NCBI GenBank assembly: GCA_963668625.2
Contig: CAXXKA010000008.1
Coordinates: 480,001-544,000 of the forward strand
Origin: an uncultured candidate division Zixibacteria bacterium
GTDB lineage: Bacteria > Zixibacteria > MSB-5A5 > UBA10806 > 4484-95
Length of the DNA: 64,000 bases
Direction: 5' to 3'
The translations under genes were made by a program, and so were the position numbers. Within the stretch, counting starts at the first letter, position 1. Each line of letters begins with the position of its first letter. Positions 29,904 through 40,298 of the stretch are shown here, in pieces. The notes under the pieces are model-generated. The model saw only the letters and a program-made list of their open reading frames with translations. It was not told the DNA's origin and did no database searches.

Positions 29904-31412
29904 TTATTTGCTTGCGGTTTCCATAATAGCTACAGTTCGATTTTGCTTGCCGAAGTATTCATTGGCAACACGCTGGATATCCTCCGCGGTGATAGCATTG
30001 ATTCTATCGATGTTGGCGAACATCTCATGCCAGTTTCCACCAACAGTCTGATAGATAGCCAGTTGCATGGCCATTCCCATGTTGCTATCCAATCCGAATA
30101 TGAAATTGGCCCTGGCCCTTGATTTGATCTTTTCGACCTCTTCGGCCGGTAAAGGTTCGCTCTTGATTTTTTCTAACTCGGCCCAGATATCAGCCTCGAT
30201 ATCGGCGACATCGCTGCCCGGCGTCGGTATGGCGTAAACCAGGAAGAACGTGGGGTATTTCGAGGCCGGATAGCCTACATACACGCCAACCTGAGCGGCT
30301 GTTTTCTTCTCTTTAACGAGCTTTTTGTACAGAAGAGAGGTACGTCCCTGGCCGAGGTGATCCGCCAATGCCTCGATTATGGGGAAATCAGGATGCGTAG
30401 CGGCAGGGATATGGAATCCGGCGGTGAATAACGGTTGTGATGGATCCTCCAATAAAATCCTACGCTCGGCTTTTTGCTCAGGTTCGATAATCGTCACCTG
30501 TTCGGGTTTCGGGCTGTGAGGAATATCACCCCAATACTTCTCAGCCATCTTGAAAATATCTTTAGATTTAACATCTCCTACGATACAAACAACCAAATTT
30601 TCTGGTACATAGTATTCTTTATAATATTCCATCGCTTTTTCGCGAGTGTAATTTCTGATATCGCTTTCATGTCCTATAATCGAGATGCCGTAGGGATGGG
30701 CTTTAAACGCCGCCGCCAGCAATTCCTCGAGTGTGCGTCCAAACGGGCTGGATTCGAGTACTTGATGACGCTCCTCCATGATAACATCCCGCTCCTTGTA
30801 CATCTCGCGAAGAACCGGGTTTTTAAAACGATCCGATTCCATTCTCATCCATAACTCGGTTTTATTCGAGGGATAGCTCATCATGTAAACCGTGAAATCT
30901 TTCGAGGTGCCGGCGTTAACGCCCACGCCACCCTCGCGCTCGACTATCTGTGAAAATTCGTTGGGTACCACCAGTTTGAAAGAGGCTTCGCGAGCATCAT
31001 CATAAGCTTTTTCCAAAACGGCGAGTTTAGCCTCATCGGCGGCATCACCTTTCAGTCGTTCGCTTCTGAGCTCCATGTAGATAGAGTCCTCGACCGCGAT
31101 GAGTTTCATCTCTTGCTCGATATCCTCGGTGCCGATAGTGCGGGTACCTTTAAACGCCATGTGTTCGAACATGTGCGCCAGCCCGCTATAACCCTTGGGA
31201 TCATCACAGCCGCCCACATTAGCGAGTGTCACGAACGAGGCCACGGGCGCGTCGTGACGTTCCAGTACGATGATTTTCAGACCGTTATCCAGAGTCTTCT
31301 CTTTTACTTCCTTTTCAATCCTGGTAAAATCGAAACCGAAAGCGAGACCGGTGAAAGCCACAAAAAATATCATGGCTGCTGCAAGTGACCGTTGACTGGT
31401 TTTCTTCATCAA
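29904..31412 (-). CDS. M16 peptidase catalytic subunit
   Basis: 'GLAHMFEHMAFKGT' HxxEH, 'NAGT', 'EER', 'HPY'. Confidence 0.92.
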   Translation of the reverse strand: MMKKTSQRSLAAAMIFFVAFTGLAFGFDFTRIEKEVKEKTLDNGLKIIVLERHDAPVASFVTLANVGGCDDPKGYSGLAHMFEHMAFKGTRTIGTEDIEQEMKLIAVEDSIYMELRSERLKGDAADEAKLAVLEKAYDDAREASFKLVVPNEFSQIVEREGGVGVNAGTSKDFTVYMMSYPSNKTELWMRMESDRFKNPVLREMYKERDVIMEERHQVLESSPFGRTLEELLAAAFKAHPYGISIIGHESDIRNYTREKAMEYYKEYYVPENLVVCIVGDVKSKDIFKMAEKYWGDIPHSPKPEQVTIIEPEQKAERRILLEDPSQPLFTAGFHIPAATHPDFPIIEALADHLGQGRTSLLYKKLVKEKKTAAQVGVYVGYPASKYPTFFLVYAIPTPGSDVADIEADIWAELEKIKSEPLPAEEVEKIKSRARANFIFGLDSNMGMAMQLAIYQTVGGNWHEMFANIDRINAITAEDIQRVANEYFGKQNRTVAIMETASK

Positions 31413-31660
31413 TTCCTCCTTAAATGATTTGGCTTTGATATATTAACGTAAAAATATGCAAAAAGTATTCAAATTACTAAACAAAAAGATAAACAAAATG
31501 TGGGAAAGTCACGTATATGGAAGTTTGCTTTAGCCGAACGAATAACATTCAATAATAAGACGGTAAGTAATGTTGGTTTGCTTTTCGATAATTAAGGTTA
31601 TCTTTCTCTTTAATCAGAGGGGATCGCTTATTTGTTAGCTCGCAACCGCTTATTATAGCT

Positions 31661-31695
31661 ACCATTGCGAGCGCCTGAAAGGAGTGCGGCAATTC
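31661..31695 (+). repeat. Family A repeat copy
   Basis: ACCATTGCGAGCGCCTGAAAGGAGTGCGGCAATTC. Confidence 0.55.
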
Positions 31696-31961
31696 TGTCA
31701 ACTTATGGCACAGCCTGATTATTTCTGCCTGCTCGGTACCGGTAGTGTTTAAGCGGGGAAGAATGAATTAAGAATTTTGTTGTCCGGCGATACCCACAAT
31801 AAGCTTTTCAATAATCCCGATTATTCACGATGATCCTGAATTATGGTGAGACTTTTAGTATAATACTCGCAATACCGGTTATTCCAAACCGGGCAAGCCC
31901 CGGAATTCAACGGATAAGGTATGAGAGTTACCGCTATTGCGAATATCTATTCTCATTTCGA

Positions 31962-33071
31962 TTATTTCAGCAATACCATCCTCTTACTCTCGGAATAATC
32001 AGCCGACTCTATCCGGTAGAAATATATACCGCTGGCGTAATTATCGACGCTCCAGGTTACTCGATGCGAACCGGCCTCGTGATTTCCGGATCTCAGCCTG
32101 GTCACCATATTCCCGAGCACATCATAAATACTTACCGACACATCAGCCGGTGTTGAGACCGTATATTCGATAACTGTCCTGGCATTAAACGGGTTCGGAT
32201 AACTGGTGGAATACGATACCGTCTCCGGCAACACGTTTTCCGCGATTGCATTCGACGATAGCTCGATAAATTCCACGCTGTTATCGTAGAAATTCGGTAC
32301 GCATAGCCTGTCGTTAAACTGATCGACATAGATATCGGCCGGACCGTCATGACCCGAGGAGACCAATGCCGGAGGATTAGTCATGGTCGAATCGTAGCTG
32401 TAGCAGGCGTTATCATTCCAGGATGAAATATATATATTATAATCTGAATCACGCGTTATACCATCCAGCGAATACACGCCGGTGTTAACGACTGTTGTGG
32501 CGTTACCCGAATCGAAATCTACCCCCACGATCGGGTTGCCCGGTGCGTTGACAGTCAGCACCAGAAGGCGGTTATGCAGGGTGTCACACAGTACCCCGTT
32601 AGGGGCGGCGATAGTAGGTACGAAAAGCGAGCAGGTCAGGCTGCTCATCTCGACCCTGAATATCTTGTTATCCCAATAATCCGAGATATAGATATAGCCC
32701 CGATTATCGTAGTCCAGGTCATTCAGCAAACCAACACTGGGAATGGGAAGATAGAAAAGCATCTCATCGCTAACGAGGCTGTAGGCCACCAGCCCGATAT
32801 AGGGTTCGAGATTGGAGGCGACAAACAGCGTGTCGCGACGAGTCATCAAGCCGGCTATTCGGGTTAATGTGGTATCGAAATAGGTGTGATTACCGGCGTT
32901 GTCGATCGCTACGATATTACCGTTCTCGTAGTTGGACACGAGATAACGGTCGTTGAGATTATCGTATATGACGCTTTCCGGCTGGTGAAGTAAATTTTGC
33001 CCCTGTGCCAGTTGAAAACATAGCATTATTACATAAAGGGCGATTAGTGTGAGGCGATAGATCGGTTGCAT
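31962..33071 (-). CDS. SMP-30/gluconolactonase-like beta-propeller with T9SS/FlgD-like CTD
   Basis: 'PES', 'LND', 'PNG', 'LDG', 'PAD' blade motifs; 'YPNPFNA...KRMVLLK'. Confidence 0.8.
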   Translation of the reverse strand: MQPIYRLTLIALYVIMLCFQLAQGQNLLHQPESVIYDNLNDRYLVSNYENGNIVAIDNAGNHTYFDTTLTRIAGLMTRRDTLFVASNLEPYIGLVAYSLVSDEMLFYLPIPSVGLLNDLDYDNRGYIYISDYWDNKIFRVEMSSLTCSLFVPTIAAPNGVLCDTLHNRLLVLTVNAPGNPIVGVDFDSGNATTVVNTGVYSLDGITRDSDYNIYISSWNDNACYSYDSTMTNPPALVSSGHDGPADIYVDQFNDRLCVPNFYDNSVEFIELSSNAIAENVLPETVSYSTSYPNPFNARTVIEYTVSTPADVSVSIYDVLGNMVTRLRSGNHEAGSHRVTWSVDNYASGIYFYRIESADYSESKRMVLLK

Positions 33072-33147
33072 ATCAAGCTCCTTGCTTAAAAATAAATAAT
33101 ATGAAACTGTTTCTATAAGCGCCTCACCTAAGCGCGGAAATTAACAG

Positions 33148-34371
33148 TTAAACCGCTAATTTTCGTACGGCCTCCCTTTTTTCTATCAGGGTTGACAGGC
33201 TTTTAATACCCTGCACGATCTGCTCCTCCGAGGGATATGAATAGTTCAGGCGCATCGTATTGGTACCCGAACCGTCATGATAGAAAGAAGAGCCGATGAC
33301 ATATGCTATATTCAACTCGATAGCATCGGTGAACATCTCCGTGGTGTTCATGTATTCGGGCAGCCTGATCCACATGAACATACCGCCGACCGGCTCCGAC
33401 CAGGACAGGCCCTCGATTTTAGGCATATACTTACCCAGAGCCTCGAACATCACTTTGGCTTTGCGTTCGTATAGCGCCTTGCTTTTCTCTATCTGTTCCT
33501 CCAGCAGTCCCTTGCCAATGATATAGGCCGCCACTATCGAGACATAGGGTGAGGTGCACAGATCGGCGCTTTGCTTGGCCACCACCAGCTTATCGATCAC
33601 CTCCGGCGGACCAACCATCCAACCCAGGCGGAACCCCGGACAGAATATTTTAGAAAACGTCTTGGTGTAAAGCACCCTGCCATCGGTATCCAATGAGTAA
33701 AGCGAGGGCAGCAACTTACCATCGAATTTGATCTCACGGTAGGGACTGTCCTCGACGATGAACAGATCATAACGTTTGGCTATCTCGAGTATCCGTTCGC
33801 GACGCTCCAACGACAGCGTTATACCCGAGGGGTTCTGGAAATCCGGAATCAGGTAAACGAATTTAGGCTTCTTACCGCGACCTATAAGCTCGTTCACCTG
33901 TTTCTCCAACAGCTCCGGGATAACACCATCGTAATCCATCTCCATGCCATGAAAATCGGCATCGAAAGTGCGGAACGCCTGTATAGCGCCCAGGTAGGTG
34001 GGCATCTCAACCAGTATCGCATCCCCCTGATCTATGAATATTTTGGCGATCAAATCGAGCCCCTGCTGGGATGAGGCGGTTATAATCATATTATCCGGGT
34101 TAACCTTCTCCCCCTGGCGACTCATGAATTTTGTCAGTTCCTCTTTCAAGAACGGATCGCCCTCGGTGGGGCCGTACTGTAATGCCAGGTTGCCTCTTTC
34201 AGCTAAAGCAGTCTCGGAGGCCTGCCGGACAGCCTCGATCGGGAATAGGCTCGGGTCTGGCAGCCCACCGGCGAATGAGATTACGCCTGGTTTATTGACA
34301 AGCTTTAATAGCTCGCGGATTTCAGAACGCTTCAAACGATTTGCCAATGAGGAAAACTCTAAATTTATCAT
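33148..34371 (-). CDS. PLP-dependent class I aminotransferase (2-aminoadipate transaminase-like)
   Basis: 'ISFAGGLP', 'LQYGPTEG', 'FQNPSG', 'EDSPY', 'TFSKIFCPGFRLGW'. Confidence 0.9.
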   Translation of the reverse strand: MINLEFSSLANRLKRSEIRELLKLVNKPGVISFAGGLPDPSLFPIEAVRQASETALAERGNLALQYGPTEGDPFLKEELTKFMSRQGEKVNPDNMIITASSQQGLDLIAKIFIDQGDAILVEMPTYLGAIQAFRTFDADFHGMEMDYDGVIPELLEKQVNELIGRGKKPKFVYLIPDFQNPSGITLSLERRERILEIAKRYDLFIVEDSPYREIKFDGKLLPSLYSLDTDGRVLYTKTFSKIFCPGFRLGWMVGPPEVIDKLVVAKQSADLCTSPYVSIVAAYIIGKGLLEEQIEKSKALYERKAKVMFEALGKYMPKIEGLSWSEPVGGMFMWIRLPEYMNTTEMFTDAIELNIAYVIGSSFYHDGSGTNTMRLNYSYPSEEQIVQGIKSLSTLIEKREAVRKLAV

Positions 34372-34512
34372 TGCCTCACTCCTCGTTAAGTGTGATATTG
34401 TTTACTATTCTATTTACTAATATAGTGTTTTTTGTAATAGTGTTTCGATATATTATGTACTAATGACAATAAAGTGCCGGTTGTCCTATATATGGATTAT
34501 CGCATAAATATC

Positions 34513-34556
34513 TTGTGATTGCAAGGTTTATTAAATATATTGTAATACTATGACAA
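34513..34556 (+). promoter_or_regulatory. Promoter of MocR gene (probably leaderless) with overlapping operator-like site
   Basis: TTGTGA-N17-TATATT ending 8 nt before the ATG, no SD; ATTGT...ACAA spans the start codon. Confidence 0.45.
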
Positions 34557-35938
34557 AGATATGGATGCCTGAAATACAAAGTGATGATTCCCCGCTGTAC
34601 CTTTCTATCACAAAGGCTCTGGCGGAGGATATATCCTCGGGTAAGTTGCAGCGAGATATGCGTTTACCTACTCATCGAGAGTTGGCCTACCAGATGAATG
34701 TAGCGTTAGGGACAATCACCCGTGCCTATATAGAGGCGGAAAAGCGCGGCCTGATAAGATCGGAGGGCCGGCGTGGAACATTCGTGGGCAAGGCCAAGCA
34801 GGATAGATCACTTCTGGCGCAGCTTACCAATGTTGGTTCCAGGATGATCAATTTTAGCCACAATCATCCCTCGTATGCCGATGATCCCGATATATTGCCG
34901 GTACTTAAGGAGCTTGCTCAAAGCGCGGCCTCGCAGCGGCTTTTGGAATATCCGCCCTCGCCGGGATTCCCCGATCATCGAGAAGCCGGCGCCAGATGGT
35001 TAGCCGAGCTGGGTTATCATGCCGATCCTGATTCGATTATCATAACAGGCGGCTCGCAGCATGCCTTTAATATCATCATAGGGGGAGTGACCAATCGCGA
35101 GGATATACTCCTTACCGATATCTACACATATCCCGGCATGAAAGCCGTAGCCGAGCTTTACGGTATTCATCTGCTCGGAGTGAATTTCGATAAAGAGGGT
35201 ATGATGCCCGATGCCATCGAAACACTATGTAACCAGAAAAGCGTTCGGGCGTTATACCTGAACCCAACGCTTCATAACCCGACCAGTATTATCTATTCCG
35301 AACAGCGGCGTAAGGAGATTGCCGAGCTGGCGATCAAATACGATTTCCTGATATTCGAGGATGAGATACTACGGCCACTGGTTGATAATCCTCCGCCGTT
35401 TGCCTCGGATTTCGCCCCGGATAGAAGTTTTGTCATGATGTCCGCCTCGAAAACAATTGCCGCCGGTTTGCGCGTTGGTTATTTAACCGCGCCGCCCAAA
35501 TACCGTCAATTGGTAATAGATAGCCTGCAAACCTCGATACTATCGATAGCGCCGTTGTGCGCCGAGATACTCACTCGCTGGATTAATGACGGGACGGCCG
35601 CGAAAGTTATCGCCCGCCGAAAAAAAGAAATGATCAGTCGCCAGAAAGCAGCTATTAAAATCATGGGGCGATACGATATCCTTACCAATACCAACAGCCA
35701 GCATATATGGCTTAACCTGCCGGATATCTGGACAGGCAGCCAGTTTGCTTTCGAGGCTTATCGCAGAGGCGTGGCTCTCACACCCAGCGAAATATTCGCC
35801 GTACGTCGCGATTTACCCTCCAACGCCGTTCGTATCTCTTTAGCCTCCGTGGCGAATATCGAGATCATGAAACAGGGTTTACAGATTATCGCCAGCATTC
35901 TCGAGGGCACACCGCTTCAGGATTCAGCTACCGTCTAA
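34550..35938 (+). CDS. MocR-family (GntR HTH + aminotransferase domain) regulator
   Basis: 'RLPTHRELA...GTITRAY...RGTFV' HTH; 'NPTLHNPT', 'SKTIAAGLRVG'. Confidence 0.92.
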   Translation: MTKIWMPEIQSDDSPLYLSITKALAEDISSGKLQRDMRLPTHRELAYQMNVALGTITRAYIEAEKRGLIRSEGRRGTFVGKAKQDRSLLAQLTNVGSRMINFSHNHPSYADDPDILPVLKELAQSAASQRLLEYPPSPGFPDHREAGARWLAELGYHADPDSIIITGGSQHAFNIIIGGVTNREDILLTDIYTYPGMKAVAELYGIHLLGVNFDKEGMMPDAIETLCNQKSVRALYLNPTLHNPTSIIYSEQRRKEIAELAIKYDFLIFEDEILRPLVDNPPPFASDFAPDRSFVMMSASKTIAAGLRVGYLTAPPKYRQLVIDSLQTSILSIAPLCAEILTRWINDGTAAKVIARRKKEMISRQKAAIKIMGRYDILTNTNSQHIWLNLPDIWTGSQFAFEAYRRGVALTPSEIFAVRRDLPSNAVRISLASVANIEIMKQGLQIIASILEGTPLQDSATV

Positions 35939-35981
35939 ATCGAATTATTACTAAAATAATCATCTATTATAATATAAATCA

Positions 35982-36063
35982 GTGGCTGGCAGACATCCTC
36001 GTCTGCTGCCCTCACCACCTCACATCTGCTGCTAAGGGGCACACGCGGATGCCTGCCGCCCAT
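35982..36063. repeat. REP-like element (family B)
   Basis: GTGGCTGGCAGACATCCTCGTCTG followed by a degenerate partner arm. Confidence 0.6.
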
Positions 36064-36093
36064 AAAATTATTGCAAGAAACACCATCTACCCT

Positions 36094-36130
36094 AAAAAAA
36101 ACGCGGATATTCGAACGAGTATCCGCGTTT
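36094..36130 (-). terminator. Intrinsic terminator
   Basis: AAACGCGGATA...TATCCGCGTTT with A-tract on the plus strand. Confidence 0.75.
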
Positions 36131-36154
36131 AGAATTGTCTTTAAATTAAATCGG

Positions 36155-38449
36155 CTATTTCAGAAGCATCATCTTTTTGGTTTCCGAGAAATTGTCGGTA
36201 ACCAGTTTGTAGAAATACATACCCGAGGGTACCGATGACGCGTTCCAGGTTATCTTATGATATCCGGCTGCCATAACGCCGTTTTCGATCTGCTTGACCA
36301 GCCTACCTTGCGTGTCGTAGATATAAATGTTGGCGGAGGAGGCTTGCGGCAAGTTGAACTCGATCGTAGTCGTAGCGTTAAACGGGTTCGGATAGTTCTG
36401 AGCCAGCATGTATTCAGTCGGAATCGGCGCGTTATCATCAACGCCGCTTTGACCGAAGTGAAGCCTGTTGAAATATTGTCCAACCTCGTAGACTACTACA
36501 CCGTCGGTATCGGCTGCGTTCGAGGCACCCTGTATCTGATCGATACCGGCTTCGAAAGCCTCAAAAGTTTGCTGGGCGAAATCATTATTGTAAACTGATT
36601 TCATTTTGAATGTTGCAACCATAGATGGTGTAGGGCTATTGATTGCCGGGCTCTCATATGGAGGCATTAACTCTCGGAATGCTACTAAAGATTCGGTAAA
36701 CCATCCATCACGGTATTCATATATTGGATTAAAATAAACGGCATCCCATTCGGATAGGGGATAATGATACTCGGCTTCATTAGCGTTTAACGAGCTGTCC
36801 ACGTAGGTATTGTCATACCCAAGAGCTATCATGATATCGCCGATATAAACATCCGCATCGGTGTAAATATATACATCAACATCGAAAGGCTGGCCGATTT
36901 CGGTATCGATCGGTATTTGCTCCAAATTGCCATACCAGACGAAAACCTCCTGAGTGTAACCGGTGGTGAAATGCCACAAACCTCCGGCAGTGGAATCGCC
37001 CTCGGTATCGTAAGCGACTACTTTCCAGTAGTAAGTAGTCAGGTATTCCATATCGCCGGGCTCATAAAGCGGATCGCTTATCATATTGCCGACAAGTTCA
37101 GGTTCTTCCGAGGTACCGAAATATATATTGTACCTTAACTGATCACCATCGGGATCACTGCAGATCCAGGAAAGTATGGCGTCGGTTCCGATACTGTAAG
37201 CGCCGCTATCCGGTGCGTTATGGTTGGCGTCGATTACAGGAACGTCCGGCGGATTGTTAGTTTCGAATAATGTCGAGAAATTCCAGAGATCGCCGACCGT
37301 GGAATCGCCCTCGGTATCATAAGCGACTATGTTCCAGTAGTAAGTAGTTTCATACTCTAAATCTTCTTCGAAAGTAACACTGTTTTCCGTAATATGCTCT
37401 CTGATCAATGCTAGATCGCTTTGATCAACTCCAAAATATACGTTGTAATCCAGGTCGTCACCATCGGGATCAGAACAAGACCATTCTATTTCGATGTCCA
37501 GCGCCACTCCGGTCTGATCATTGGATGGATTGGGATCGGCGGGTGCATTTGGCGGATTATTCGGCACCACGCCTGTAGTAAAAGACCACTCTGGCCCATC
37601 GGTCGATTCGAAGTAATTGTCGGTAGCAACTATTTTCCAATAGTGAGTGGTATTTTCTGGCAGATCGGGTAACTCGAAAGATTCGGTTGTTATGTCTGAG
37701 GCGTAGAGCTCAGGATCTGTCACCGTACCGAAATACAAGTCGTAAGTCAGGATATTGCCCGCGTTGGGATCCGTGCAAACCCATGATAAATCGACGTCAA
37801 CAGGCTGATCGATAGCGCCATTGGCCGGCGAGGGTTCCGAAGGTTCGTTCGGCGGGTCATTCGGCGGAGGTTCGCCAAACTGCAGAAGGCAGAAATGCTC
37901 CATGACCTGGTAAGTAATAGTACCGCTGGTATCGCTGGCATTGGTCGGCCCCTGAAGATTGTCCTCACCGTAACCGAATGCTTCATAAACATTATTATTG
38001 TAATCGGGATTGGTTACGCTTCTCATACGCATGGTTATAACACGGGTGGGAACATCAAAATGAAGCGCAGGGCTAACCCAGGGGGGGAATAATTCACTGA
38101 ATCCCTGGAAAGGTTCGGTAAACCAACCATCCTGATACTCCTGAACCGATAAGAAAAACGCACCGTCCCATTCATTGAGAGGATAATACAAAGTAGCGTT
38201 TTCAGCATTCAGCAATGTATCGATATATAACATGTTGGCGCCGGGGCATAAAACCATACTTCCGATAGCAACATCGTCTTCCGTCTGGATGTAAATATCG
38301 AAATCGAATTCCTGGCCGATTTCGGTTTCTATCGGTTCACCATCCGGATTGCCGTACCAGATATCAACCTGTTCGGCATTCACTCCAGCCGCGAACAGCA
38401 GCAGGAATAAAGATAAAGCAGTAATTACTGCCTTGTTTCCGCGATACAT
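36155..38449 (-). CDS. Secreted modular protein: cohesin-like module, 3 Fn3-like repeats, cohesin-like module, T9SS/FlgD-like CTD
   Basis: Start MYRGNK at 38449 (RBS AAGGAG); duplicated 'WYGN...EIGQ.FD.D.YI.T...YPL.EWD...DGWFTE'; three 'W.C.DP....L.Y..YFG...YW..VA.D...W.F.T'; 'NYPNPFNA...KKMMLLK'. Confidence 0.75.
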   Translation of the reverse strand: MYRGNKAVITALSLFLLLFAAGVNAEQVDIWYGNPDGEPIETEIGQEFDFDIYIQTEDDVAIGSMVLCPGANMLYIDTLLNAENATLYYPLNEWDGAFFLSVQEYQDGWFTEPFQGFSELFPPWVSPALHFDVPTRVITMRMRSVTNPDYNNNVYEAFGYGEDNLQGPTNASDTSGTITYQVMEHFCLLQFGEPPPNDPPNEPSEPSPANGAIDQPVDVDLSWVCTDPNAGNILTYDLYFGTVTDPELYASDITTESFELPDLPENTTHYWKIVATDNYFESTDGPEWSFTTGVVPNNPPNAPADPNPSNDQTGVALDIEIEWSCSDPDGDDLDYNVYFGVDQSDLALIREHITENSVTFEEDLEYETTYYWNIVAYDTEGDSTVGDLWNFSTLFETNNPPDVPVIDANHNAPDSGAYSIGTDAILSWICSDPDGDQLRYNIYFGTSEEPELVGNMISDPLYEPGDMEYLTTYYWKVVAYDTEGDSTAGGLWHFTTGYTQEVFVWYGNLEQIPIDTEIGQPFDVDVYIYTDADVYIGDIMIALGYDNTYVDSSLNANEAEYHYPLSEWDAVYFNPIYEYRDGWFTESLVAFRELMPPYESPAINSPTPSMVATFKMKSVYNNDFAQQTFEAFEAGIDQIQGASNAADTDGVVVYEVGQYFNRLHFGQSGVDDNAPIPTEYMLAQNYPNPFNATTTIEFNLPQASSANIYIYDTQGRLVKQIENGVMAAGYHKITWNASSVPSGMYFYKLVTDNFSETKKMMLLK

Positions 38450-38979
38450 CTTTTCTCCTTTGTTAAAGTAAACCATCGTTAATTTTCTATTTAAATTTTC
38501 ATTGTGATATTCGGATTTTATTCAGGCTTTATATACTTCTCTAAAGCCTAATGATTAACTTCTACCACTAGCTAATAATTCGCTCGATTCGTTTTCGAGA
38601 GCGGATACGTACAAGCAGGCTTGTTATAGCCGATTGGCTGAATATGAGATGTAAATAATAAATTTCTCATTATTCGGTTTTACTGTTTTTAAAATACTAA
38701 TTAATAGCCCCTCAGCTATATTCCTAAAATATATTATTCTTAATATAAGTCAAGATATAATCACACTTCAACCGCAAATATAATTATTAACCTTACTGCA
38801 TATTCAAAGTAATTTAAAGCTCTATTTAATAAAAATGTTTTAATTAAAATTAAGTTTTCATGATATGATTATCAGTTTTCCAAAAGCCTGATCTCCAATA
38901 AATATACATAACGCAGTATCCCATTGATATACAGCCGGTTACGCTACCACTCAATTGCATTCCCGGCGTACCTCACATT

Positions 38980-40065
38980 TCATTTCGGGGTTCTGTAAGC
39001 GATCGAATTGATATTCATGCCGGCGCCCACGGAGGCGAAAACCAGGATGTCATCGCCATTACTGCCGTAATTTTCTATCTTGTTATTCATCAGCATGTCC
39101 AATAAAGTTGGCAATGTGGCTACCGAACTATTTCCCAGACGTGAGATTATCATCGGCATAACATATGTTGGGATATCTTTACAAGCATATAACTTATAAA
39201 TACGCTTTAAGATAGCCTCATCCATCTTAGCGTTTGCCTGATGTATCAGGACATTGGTTACATCATTGATACTTAATCCGGCTTTATCGAGGCACTCCTT
39301 AACCACCTTCGGCACATTACTGATAGCATACTGGTATAATTTATGGCCGTTCATTTTCAGATATAATTCGTTGCCTTCATGATTTTTGTTATACGAATCC
39401 CCCATCCACAGAAGGTATGCGTGTTCGATCGTATCGGAACGCATGGCGTGCGATAATATACCGACAGGTTTTTCGCTTTCCATTACCTCTAATATGGTCG
39501 CGCCGGCGCCATCCGAATAAATCATGCCGTCCCGATCATGCGGATCGCTTATTCGCGAGAGGGTTTCCGCGCCGATCACCATAACCCTCAGGGCATCCCC
39601 GGATTTGATATAGTAATTAGCCTGAATAACTCCCTGAAGCCATCCGGGGCAACCGAATGGTAAATCGTAAGCTATGGTTTTGGGATTAACGATACCCAGC
39701 TTATGTTTGATTCTGGCGGCCAGCGTGGGCACGAAATCCGATCGTCTGTTATCGCTTTTAATATCTCCGAAATTATGGGCGACAATGATGTAGTCCAGCG
39801 TTTCTTTATCGATACCCGATGATTCTATAGCGCGTTCGGCGGCTATAAAACCGATATCTGAGGTGACCAGATCATCACTCACATAGCGGCGTTCGGCAAT
39901 TCCGGTTATTTCCTCGAGTTTGTTAATTATCTCTTCGTTGGATTTACCGAATTGGCTGCCGTCGGTATCGTAAAATTCGGAGTTTAAGAAAATATTGTTC
40001 GCTACCGTTCTCTCAGGGATATAGCTTCCCGTTCCGGTAATAATAGTGTATCTATCTTGTCCCAT
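38980..40065 (-). CDS. fabH: 3-oxoacyl-ACP synthase III
   Basis: 'GTGSYIP', 'ITGIAERR', catalytic 'FGCPG', 'HQAN', 'GNSS', 'GAG'. Confidence 0.85.
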   Translation of the reverse strand: MGQDRYTIITGTGSYIPERTVANNIFLNSEFYDTDGSQFGKSNEEIINKLEEITGIAERRYVSDDLVTSDIGFIAAERAIESSGIDKETLDYIIVAHNFGDIKSDNRRSDFVPTLAARIKHKLGIVNPKTIAYDLPFGCPGWLQGVIQANYYIKSGDALRVMVIGAETLSRISDPHDRDGMIYSDGAGATILEVMESEKPVGILSHAMRSDTIEHAYLLWMGDSYNKNHEGNELYLKMNGHKLYQYAISNVPKVVKECLDKAGLSINDVTNVLIHQANAKMDEAILKRIYKLYACKDIPTYVMPMIISRLGNSSVATLPTLLDMLMNNKIENYGSNGDDILVFASVGAGMNINSIAYRTPK

Positions 40066-40298
40066 TCATCATCCTAAATTACTCGATTATAGTTTCAGAA
40101 ACTATAATAATTAATAATTTGATATGCAATATCAAAGTGTAAACTTTAATGCTTATCATGCCCTGATTTGCATATGTATCAATATATAGAATCAGGAGCA
40201 GGTTTAAAAGTTCCCGTAGTAGGTAAGCCTATACGTTGCTTACGATAATATATTAGAATGTCCAGCAAAACGAAATTATAATATGCGAATCAAAACCA

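Noticed and set aside
36990-37460. Direct DNA repeats such as GGAATCGCCCTCGGTATC
   Set aside because: Explained by Fn3-like protein repeats; not CRISPR (no regular spacers, no cas genes)
38575-38642. Three small hairpins upstream of the scaffoldin-like gene
   Set aside because: Stems of only 4-5 bp and no recognisable motif
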